Source of the DNA: Candidatus Nanopelagicales bacterium
Lineage (GTDB): Bacteria > Actinomycetota > Actinomycetes > S36-B12 > UBA5976
Assembly (NCBI GenBank): GCA_044232525.1
Contig: JBIIMD010000001.1
Location: 1 to 48,502 of the forward strand
Direction: 5' to 3'
DNA length: 48,502 bases
Part shown: positions 38,480 through 46,174 of the stretch, in pieces
How the letters are laid out: each line of letters begins with the position of its first letter
Position numbering within the stretch: the stretch's first letter is position 1
Translations under genes and position numbers: made by a program
Notes under the pieces: generated by a model
Database searches by the model: none
What the model saw: the letters and a program-made list of their open reading frames with translations, nothing else
Told to the model about the DNA's origin: nothing

Positions 38480-39283
38480 TTAGTACCAGTTGCGAGCGTA
38501 AAAGAAATCTAGGGCATCACATGGAGTGTCATAACGTTTTTCAATGTAATCTGCACCCCACTTGATTTGGGTTACTGGATTTGTTTTCCAGTCATCACCA
38601 AAGGTTGCCATCTTTCGGCCTGGCAGACTTTGCGGAATACCGTAGGCGCCTGATGTTGGATTCTTGGCCTTGTGGTTCCAGTTGCTTTCACGAAACCACA
38701 ACGTTTCCAAGCAAGCGAATTGCTTTTCTCCCCAACCAAACTCTTGGTTGATGTAAAGCTCTGCATATTTTTTATTGCCAGTTTTCGTTCCGGTCTTGCG
38801 GTCAGCCGTTGCAAGAGCTACAGCAATGTCTGATGGATCTCCAGTGCCACGAATCACAACGGCCTCAACCGGTTCGGTTGTCACTACGCGATCAATCTCA
38901 GTGCGGGATACTTCATTCCCATCAACCAGCTTAACTTTGTAAGTGATTTCAGCTAAGCCGGTTTCGCCTGCTTGCTTAACAAATTCAGTTCCAACTGCGA
39001 TGGTTGGATCTTCAGTAGCAGAGGTCACGAATTCAATTTCGGCATCTTCCGTAACCACCTCGTTATCGATGGTGTGTTCTTTAACATCGTAAGAAACGGA
39101 TGAATCCAGCACCAGAGCCCTAACGTCTATGTAGGTAGGGGCCGGCTCTGAGCTATTCGCTGCGGTGATTCCTCCAGTTAGCAGAACTGCGGCGCTTGCC
39201 ACAATTGCCGCCCTAAGCGGCACATTATGATTTTTGGGTCGAGCATGACGACCAGGCGCACGATGGCGACCACGTTGTGTCAT
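38480..39283 (-). CDS. Secreted or membrane-anchored G5-domain protein with a C-terminal lytic-transglycosylase-like (Apf C-terminal-like) domain, in the rpfB position
   Basis: It has a basic N-terminus plus a TM or signal segment. The G5-like segment is VVTEDAEIEFVTSATEDPTIAVGTEFVKQAGETGLAEITYKVKLVDGNEVSRTEIDRVVTTEPVEAVVIRGT. The C-terminal motif is WFRESNWNHKAKNPTSGAYGIPQSLPGRKMATFGDDWKTNPVTQIKWGADYIEKRY. Confidence 0.75.
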   Translation of the reverse strand: MTQRGRHRAPGRHARPKNHNVPLRAAIVASAAVLLTGGITAANSSEPAPTYIDVRALVLDSSVSYDVKEHTIDNEVVTEDAEIEFVTSATEDPTIAVGTEFVKQAGETGLAEITYKVKLVDGNEVSRTEIDRVVTTEPVEAVVIRGTGDPSDIAVALATADRKTGTKTGNKKYAELYINQEFGWGEKQFACLETLWFRESNWNHKAKNPTSGAYGIPQSLPGRKMATFGDDWKTNPVTQIKWGADYIEKRYDTPCDALDFFYARNWY

Positions 39284-39379
39284 AACTTCCCCGCTTTGTT
39301 TCAGTTTCTAAAGGTCTTTGAATTGAACCGAAACTCCACGTTATCCCGAACCTACCCCGGTAAGGCAAGTTCAGATTTG

Positions 39380-40192
39380 TCAAAAAGGCCCAAAAACCCT
39401 TGCAGCATTTGAAAAAAGAAGTTCACAAATTTCTTGCTCAGATTGGCCTCTAACCTCACAAATTGCCCGAACTGTCCACGGAATGTTTGTTGAAGAATTG
39501 GCTTGACCACGGTTGGGCACAGGCGTCAAGAAAGGCGAGTCAGTTTCAACTAAAAGTAAGTGGTCTGGGATTTCTAGCACGGCATCACGAAGTTGCTGGG
39601 CATTCTTGAAAGTGACCACTCCAGGTATCGACATGTACCAACCAGCTTGAGCGCAAATCTTTGCCATTTCGGCATCCCCAGAAAAGCAGTGAAAAACAAC
39701 AATATCGGGTGCGCCGTGCATCTCTAAAGTTTCAATTACATCTTTGTGTGCATCGCGATCGTGAATTATTACTGGCTTTCCAACCTCACGAGCAATGTCT
39801 ATATGTCTCCGAAATGAAACATGCTGGGCAGCAGCTTGAGATTCTTCGGTTCGATAGTAATCAAGTCCAGTTTCCCCAATTCCCCTAACCTGAGGCAGCT
39901 TCGCTAGTTCCGCAATAGCTACTAGCGAATTTTCTAAATCTGTATCGTGCGCCGCAGCGTTTGGGTGCAGCGCTACTGTTGCCCAAACATCTGGATGATC
40001 AAGTGCAGTCTTTACAGCCCATCTAGAACTGGTTACATCACAGCCAACTTGAATCACTTTCGTGACATTTAACGACTTAGCTGCCGTCATCGCTTTGTTA
40101 ACATCCGGCAGAACATATTCATCGTCAAAACTGACATCCATATGGCAGTGCGTATCCACCACTGGACCAACTAGTGGCAACGCCACCTTCAT
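39380..40192 (-). CDS. tatD: TatD-family metal-dependent hydrolase
   Basis: VVDTHCHMD near the N-terminus, plus the VIIHDRDAH and LLVETDSPFLTPVP motifs. I prefer the ATG at 40192 (GAGGAG upstream). The track start at 40354 adds 54 non-homologous residues and would overlap the divergent gene. Confidence 0.9.
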   Translation of the reverse strand: MKVALPLVGPVVDTHCHMDVSFDDEYVLPDVNKAMTAAKSLNVTKVIQVGCDVTSSRWAVKTALDHPDVWATVALHPNAAAHDTDLENSLVAIAELAKLPQVRGIGETGLDYYRTEESQAAAQHVSFRRHIDIAREVGKPVIIHDRDAHKDVIETLEMHGAPDIVVFHCFSGDAEMAKICAQAGWYMSIPGVVTFKNAQQLRDAVLEIPDHLLLVETDSPFLTPVPNRGQANSSTNIPWTVRAICEVRGQSEQEICELLFSNAARVFGPF

Positions 40193-40237
40193 TGCACTCA
40201 CTCCTCTACGGTACCGACGCTTGGATAATCTAGTCTG

Positions 40238-42115
40238 GTGACAGGGCAAAACGGGGTTGTCCAGTTTGATCGCAAGGGCAAACAATTGATTCGTCGACTT
40301 CCAGGACTTGATGGCCTGCGTGGCATCGCGGTTCTGGCTGTCATCATTTATCATGCTGACATTTCACTTTTAGTTGGTGGATTTTTGGGCGTTGATGTCT
40401 TCTTTGTTTTATCTGGATTTTTGATTACATCTTTATTAATCGATGAGTTAGCCCGCACGAACAGCATCGATCGAGCTCGTTTCTATATGCGCCGAATTCG
40501 CCGCTTAATGCCGGCACTGTTCTTAGTACTTTTCTTTAGTGTTTTGGTTTCTGGATTGTTTGTATTGGATGCGGCCTATCACGTTCGCCGGGACTTACCT
40601 TGGGCCAGCACTTTCGTCTTGAACTGGTCTTACCTATTTTTTGAACAGTCATACTTTGTAAACATTTCACGTCCACCATTACTACAACATCTTTGGTCGC
40701 TGTCGGTTGAAGAACAGTTCTATGTGATTTGGCCCATCTTGATAATTGCTTTCTACAAAGTAAAAATTGGAAACCTCTCCCCTCGCTTCAAGATCTTTTT
40801 TGCTTCAGCAATTTTGGCGATTTCTTCAACGGCTTGGATGGTTTATCTCTCGGTTACAAATGGTTTTCCAATTCCAAATGATCCAAGTCGGGTCTACTTT
40901 GGTACTGATACGCATGCCATGGGACTGCTCGTTGGATGTGCGGCAGCAGCGCTTTGGCGACCTGAGCGCCTAAATGAACGATTAACTCCTGATCGAGCGG
41001 CAGCTATGAACGGGCTAGGAATATTTAGTATTGCGGGCTTGGCTTACTTCTTCTTATTTGTGAGTGAACTAAATGAGTTTCTCTATCGCGGCGGATTTCT
41101 CGTACTTTCAGTTTTGACAGTAATTCTCGTGGTAGTTGCAGCACATCCAGGCTTGAAGTTTGGTTCGAGATTGGGAAATCCGGTACTCAAGTGGTTTGGT
41201 GATCGATCTTATGGAATCTACTTGTGGCACTGGCCGATATTTGTCTTGATGCGCTCTGGTATCGACATTCAATGGCCAGATCCGATCGCATTTGTTGCAA
41301 AGGTTGCGATCGTTTTGGCGATTGCGGATTTGTCGTACCGTTTTGTTGAAATGCCAATTCGAAATGGTGCAATTGGATCTCGATTGGCGATTTGGCGCGC
41401 AGCCGGTGTGCCACGCCCGCAAGCTCGAACTTTGATGACAACAGCAGTGACCATGGCTGTGTTATCAGCCAGCTTGGTTGGCATGTATCGAGTTCCTGTA
41501 CCTGATGCTGGTAACTTGACTGGAATTGGCGGCATTACTGCAATTGATGAAGATCCAGTCGCAGTAGTCCAGCCAGTTGCTGCACTTGAATCTGATCCCC
41601 TCATAAGTACCCAACAAGCAGCCCAACTGCAAGATGAAATCCAAGCCAGAATTCCACCAGTTGTTTTCGGAGACTCAGTTGTCTTGGGTGCTCGCGAAAG
41701 CTTGAAATCTGTTCTGGGCGAAATTTCAATAGATGCTGAAGTTAGTCGACAACCCGAAGAGATTGCCGAGCGCATAAGGGCGCGTCGTGATGAACGCCGA
41801 TTAGGCCCTGACGTGGTAATTCATATGGGTACAAACGGGATTGTTCAAGAAGAGGATCTAAAACCGATTCTGGAAGAGCTTCGGGATCGTAACCGAGTAG
41901 TAGTCGTTAATGTTCGAGTACCACGAGTCTGGATGAAGCCTACAAACGAAATGATTTCTTCATTGGTCACTCAGTATCCGAATGTTCGACTCGCTGATTG
42001 GAATGCGGTATCTAAAGGTAAGAAAGGTTACTTTGCACCAGATGGCGTACACCTAACAAAAAAGGGTGCTGAAATGTTTGGAGATCTAGTGAAAGACACA
42101 CTTAGCAGCCCTTAG
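40238..42115 (+). CDS. Acyltransferase-3 family membrane O-acyltransferase fused to a C-terminal SGNH-type domain (OafA/YrhL-like)
   Basis: 625 aa. The N-terminus LDGLRGIAVLAVIIYH is followed by about 10 TM segments, then a linker and a C-terminal soluble domain (VVFGDSVVLG...HMGTNG...PDGVHLT). Confidence 0.85.
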   Translation: MTGQNGVVQFDRKGKQLIRRLPGLDGLRGIAVLAVIIYHADISLLVGGFLGVDVFFVLSGFLITSLLIDELARTNSIDRARFYMRRIRRLMPALFLVLFFSVLVSGLFVLDAAYHVRRDLPWASTFVLNWSYLFFEQSYFVNISRPPLLQHLWSLSVEEQFYVIWPILIIAFYKVKIGNLSPRFKIFFASAILAISSTAWMVYLSVTNGFPIPNDPSRVYFGTDTHAMGLLVGCAAAALWRPERLNERLTPDRAAAMNGLGIFSIAGLAYFFLFVSELNEFLYRGGFLVLSVLTVILVVVAAHPGLKFGSRLGNPVLKWFGDRSYGIYLWHWPIFVLMRSGIDIQWPDPIAFVAKVAIVLAIADLSYRFVEMPIRNGAIGSRLAIWRAAGVPRPQARTLMTTAVTMAVLSASLVGMYRVPVPDAGNLTGIGGITAIDEDPVAVVQPVAALESDPLISTQQAAQLQDEIQARIPPVVFGDSVVLGARESLKSVLGEISIDAEVSRQPEEIAERIRARRDERRLGPDVVIHMGTNGIVQEEDLKPILEELRDRNRVVVVNVRVPRVWMKPTNEMISSLVTQYPNVRLADWNAVSKGKKGYFAPDGVHLTKKGAEMFGDLVKDTLSSP

Positions 42116-42126
42116 GCAGCAAGTAC

Positions 42127-43716
42127 CTAAATTGTTTCTGGCTCTTCAATTCTTGGGAACATAGATTCACTCTTGGTAATCTTCACGCCAGGCTTTAGTT
42201 GACCCCACGTCGCAACATCTTCAAATGACTTTCCAACACCAGATTCGGCCGCTCCAATATCACTCCAAAGTGCCGACATACTCTTTGGCATGATCGGTGA
42301 GTACAGGATCGAAATGGCTCGTAGAGATTCGCATACTGTGTAGAGAATTGTGGCAAGACGTAAGCGGCTCTCGGCATCCTCTTTCTTCGCCAGCGTCCAA
42401 GGTTCTTGTTCTGTAACGTAGAGATTCACGGCATCAACAAATTCCTTGACAGCAACAATTCCAGTTTGGAAGTCAAAAGCCCGAATCGAAACATCTGCTT
42501 GGGCTGCAGTTTTAACTAACAAGTCTGTCAAAACTTCTTCAGCTGCAGTTAGTTCACCAGGTGCTGGTAACAGACCATCGAAGTTCTTAACAACCATTGC
42601 TTGCACTCGGCTTGCCAAGTTGCCAAGACCGTTAGCAAGTTCTGCGGTGTAGCGCGCGACCAAATCTTCCCAAGAAAATGATCCATCTTGGCCAAAAATG
42701 ATGGCTCGCATGAAGTAATAGCGGAAGGCATCTGAACCAATTAAGTCGACAATGCTTTGTGGTGAAATACCTGTGAGCTTGCTCTTGCTCATCTTCTCGC
42801 CACCAACTAACAACCAGCCGTGTGCAAAGACACATTTTGGGAGAGGCAGGTCAGCAGCCAACAACATTGCAGGCCAAATTACCGCATGGAAGCGGAGAAT
42901 GTCTTTACCAACTAAGTGAACATCCGCAGGCCAGGTTTCTGCAAACTTCTTTGCGCCTTCACTGCCAGGCTCATCGCCAAGGCCGACTGCAGTTGCGTAG
43001 TTAAGTAGTGCATCGAACCACACATAAACAACTTGTGAAGGATCCCAAGGAACTTCAATTCCCCAGTCAAATGTGGAGCGGGAAATTGATAAGTCCTGAA
43101 GTCCGGAACGTAAGAACGACATAACTTCGTTGTAAGCAGATTCTGGACGAACTGCTTGCGGATTTGCTTCGTAATGCTTGATCAAAGCGTCGGCATAAGC
43201 CGAGAGTTTGAAAAAGTAATTGGTTTCACTAACTTGTTCAACTGGCTTGGAGTGAATTGGGCAAAGCTTCTCGCCACCATCACCATCGATTAAATCTCCA
43301 GGAAGCTTGAACTCTTCACAACCCACACAGTAAGGGCCTTCATAAGCGCCTTCATAAATGTGACCAGCATCTTTTAGCTGCGACAAGAATCTTTGAACTC
43401 GCTTGGTGTGGCGCTCTTGGGTAGTTCTGATGAAGTCATCGTTAGCTGCATCAATAACATCGAGGACTGGTAACCAAGCATCAGCGACCAGTTTGTCAGC
43501 CCAGGCTTGTGGCGCAACACTATTGGCTTCAGCAGTACGCAAAACTTTTTGACCATGTTCATCGGTTCCAGTTAAGAACCAAACATCTTCGCCAGCCATC
43601 CGGTGCCAGCGAGTCATTACATCACCAGCAACAGTTGTGTAAGCGTGTCCGATATGAGGCGCATCATTTACGTAGTAAATCGGCGTTGTCAAATAAAACG
43701 CTTTGGCACTGGTCAT
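42127..43716 (-). CDS. metG: Methionine--tRNA ligase
   Basis: HIGH motif (APHIGHAYT), KMSKS, and a zinc knuckle (CVGCEEF...CPIHS). Confidence 0.97.
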   Translation of the reverse strand: MTSAKAFYLTTPIYYVNDAPHIGHAYTTVAGDVMTRWHRMAGEDVWFLTGTDEHGQKVLRTAEANSVAPQAWADKLVADAWLPVLDVIDAANDDFIRTTQERHTKRVQRFLSQLKDAGHIYEGAYEGPYCVGCEEFKLPGDLIDGDGGEKLCPIHSKPVEQVSETNYFFKLSAYADALIKHYEANPQAVRPESAYNEVMSFLRSGLQDLSISRSTFDWGIEVPWDPSQVVYVWFDALLNYATAVGLGDEPGSEGAKKFAETWPADVHLVGKDILRFHAVIWPAMLLAADLPLPKCVFAHGWLLVGGEKMSKSKLTGISPQSIVDLIGSDAFRYYFMRAIIFGQDGSFSWEDLVARYTAELANGLGNLASRVQAMVVKNFDGLLPAPGELTAAEEVLTDLLVKTAAQADVSIRAFDFQTGIVAVKEFVDAVNLYVTEQEPWTLAKKEDAESRLRLATILYTVCESLRAISILYSPIMPKSMSALWSDIGAAESGVGKSFEDVATWGQLKPGVKITKSESMFPRIEEPETI

Positions 43717-43741
43717 GCGATAAGTCTAGAGTGAAACTGGA

Positions 43742-44587
43742 TTAACTTTTTCGCTGGCGCTGATCGGCAAGTACCGCGTCGTAGACATCTCGCTTTGGCA
43801 CACCCAACTCTCGGGCAACAGCTGCGATGGCATCACGTTGGGTCTCGCCAACTTCAACCCGAGTTGCAACCAGACCGACCCAATCGTGCGCGGTTGTTTC
43901 CGGAAGTGGCTGGGCACCAGAAATCACCAAAGTTATTTCACCAAGGATCTCACGATTACTCCAAACAACCAGCTCGGCTAAGGTGCCACGCACCACTTCT
44001 TCGTAAGTCTTAGTGAGTTCGCGGCAAATTACACCTTGTCGATCTGAACCGAAGACCGCTTCTAGATCAACAAGTGAATCAACTAAGCGATGTGGGGCTT
44101 CAAAGAAAACCATAGTTCGCTGTTCGTGAAGTAACGATTCACACAGTGTTCGGCGCTCGCCTGATTTCCTAGGCAAGAAACCTTCGAAGGTAAATCGATC
44201 AACCGGAAGTCCACTGACTGCAAGTGCTGCAAGTACTGCTGACGGTCCAGGAATTACCGAGACTTTTACGTTTTGGGCAATCGCTTCTTGCACAAGCCGA
44301 TAGCCAGGATCACTAACACTTGGCATTCCAGCGTCCGAAATCATGACAACTGTTTCACCAGAAATTACCCGCCCGATCAGTTCTGGACTTTTAGTTTCTT
44401 CAACAGCATCGTAAAACGACCAAATTTGAGCTTGAGTTGTGATTCCCAGATCAGTAAGTAATCGATGTGCTCGTCTGGAATCTTCAGCGGCAATTACATT
44501 TGCGGTTTCAAGAATTTCCCGCAACCGAGTTGAGGCATCACCTATGTTTCCAATTGGAGTTGCGGCAAGGTACAACTGTCCTGACAT
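43742..44587 (-). CDS. rsmI: 16S rRNA (cytidine1402-2'-O)-methyltransferase
   Basis: Motif LYLAATPIGNIGDAS plus the tetrapyrrole-methylase-fold motif DAGMPSVSDPG. The start is uncertain, with in-frame ATGs at 44587, 44614 and 44626 and the track start at 44671. I chose the shortest, which retains the conserved N-terminus. Confidence 0.88.
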   Translation of the reverse strand: MSGQLYLAATPIGNIGDASTRLREILETANVIAAEDSRRAHRLLTDLGITTQAQIWSFYDAVEETKSPELIGRVISGETVVMISDAGMPSVSDPGYRLVQEAIAQNVKVSVIPGPSAVLAALAVSGLPVDRFTFEGFLPRKSGERRTLCESLLHEQRTMVFFEAPHRLVDSLVDLEAVFGSDRQGVICRELTKTYEEVVRGTLAELVVWSNREILGEITLVISGAQPLPETTAHDWVGLVATRVEVGETQRDAIAAVARELGVPKRDVYDAVLADQRQRKS

Positions 44588-44661
44588 TCCTCTATCATTC
44601 CCTAAATCAGGCATGGCCTGAATCATTCCGTAAATGGGACCAAGTCCTGTACTTTTAAGCA

Positions 44662-46149
44662 GTGGAGACAACTGAGGTTACCGAGCCGGTTAAATCAAGG
44701 CGAGCTCCGTTTGACTTGGATCTAAAGACCAAGCCTGCTGGTGGTTGGGCTGGTTGGGGCGGTCCCTTGGTTGCTACCGGACTGGCCGCACTTCTGCGGC
44801 TGCCTTACTTAGGTCAACCACATGCAGTCATTTTCGACGAAACTTATTACGTCAAAGATTCTTTGGCACTTTTAACTTTTGGTCATGAACGCAAAGTTAT
44901 AGAAGATGCTGACGCTACGTTACTTGCAAGTGGTGGTGAAAACTTCGCAAGCATCTTCACCGATGCAGCCTCATACATAGTTCACCCTCCGGTTGGTAAG
45001 TGGGTTATTGCAAGCGGTGAAGCAATATTTGGCGCCACTCCATTTGGCTGGCGCATCGCCATTGCAGTTCTGGGAATTCTTAGCGTTTTACTAACTGCCC
45101 GAATTGCCCGCCGACTAACTAACTCAAACTTCATTGGAACGGTAGCCGGCTTGCTGCTTGCAATCGATGGACTTCACATTGCAATGAGTAGAACTGCATT
45201 GCTCGATACGTCCCTGTCGTTCTTTGTGCTTTGCGCATTTGGTTTCCTAATCATTGATCGAGATTCAGCCAATTCAGGTGGTTCCAAATCTTGGCGCTGG
45301 GCCATGGTTGCCGCATTGGGACTTGCTTGTGCCACTAAATGGAGTGGGGTCTATTTTGCAGCCGCGTTTGGAATTTTGATGTTGGTCTGGGATTACGAAC
45401 GAAGAAGTAAGCGTCTCGAAGGATTTAAAGTTTGGCTAACTAAAGATTTCTTGCCTGCACTATTAATGCCATTAGTGATTATTGTGATTTACATTTCAAG
45501 TTGGGTTGGCTGGTTTAGAAGCTCGGGCGGCTGGAATCGAAACTGGGCGCAAGAAAATGATGTGAACTCCTGGGTACCAGATGCACTTGTAAGTCTGTTT
45601 CACTATCACAAAGACATGTTGAGCTTTCATACGAACTTAGTAACTCCTCATAGCTACTCAGCTAATCCATGGTCCTGGCCATTGATGATTCGCCCAACCA
45701 GTTTCTATTACGAGACAGATCCAACTTGTGGCGCAGACAAATGTTCGCAAGAAGTGATACCACTTGGTAATCCATTGATCTGGTGGGCTGGCGTTATTGC
45801 ATTAGCGATCATCATTTACTTTGCAATTGCCCGTAGACATAGTGCTGCGCTTCCAATTGCTGTGGCATTTGCTGCCGGTTGGGTTCCTTGGCTGTTCTTC
45901 CCAGAACGAACCACTTTCAATTTTTACTCGGTCGCGTTCATTCCTTACACAGCTATGGCTTTAGCTCTAGTGCTTTATCTGGCAAATGAAAGAGTGCGGA
46001 GCGATAAACCAATGGCCTGGCGCTGGCCAGCTTTAAGTTTCTTGATTGTGGCTGCGGTGCTAACTGCGTTTTTCTATCCGATCTTGACTGGGCACTCAAT
46101 TACTTATGAGATGTGGCAGTTGCGAATGTGGCTTCCTGCCTGGGTTTAG
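44662..46149 (+). CDS. Dolichyl/polyprenyl-phosphate-mannose--protein mannosyltransferase (PMT family, Rv1002c-like)
   Basis: 495 aa and polytopic. The first-loop motif is VIFDETYYVKD (the DE acidic pair of GT-C PMTs). It is divergent from rsmI, as in M. tuberculosis (Rv1002c/Rv1003). The start is GTG. Confidence 0.85.
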   Translation: METTEVTEPVKSRRAPFDLDLKTKPAGGWAGWGGPLVATGLAALLRLPYLGQPHAVIFDETYYVKDSLALLTFGHERKVIEDADATLLASGGENFASIFTDAASYIVHPPVGKWVIASGEAIFGATPFGWRIAIAVLGILSVLLTARIARRLTNSNFIGTVAGLLLAIDGLHIAMSRTALLDTSLSFFVLCAFGFLIIDRDSANSGGSKSWRWAMVAALGLACATKWSGVYFAAAFGILMLVWDYERRSKRLEGFKVWLTKDFLPALLMPLVIIVIYISSWVGWFRSSGGWNRNWAQENDVNSWVPDALVSLFHYHKDMLSFHTNLVTPHSYSANPWSWPLMIRPTSFYYETDPTCGADKCSQEVIPLGNPLIWWAGVIALAIIIYFAIARRHSAALPIAVAFAAGWVPWLFFPERTTFNFYSVAFIPYTAMALALVLYLANERVRSDKPMAWRWPALSFLIVAAVLTAFFYPILTGHSITYEMWQLRMWLPAWV

Positions 46150-46174
46150 GAAGCTCAAGTGAGAACTGCTGGGT

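Noticed and set aside
41269-41775. 168-aa minus-strand ORF inside the acyltransferase gene
   Set aside because: It is a shadow ORF opposite a well-supported 625-aa membrane protein. Its composition is low-complexity and Ala/Ser/Thr/Arg-rich.
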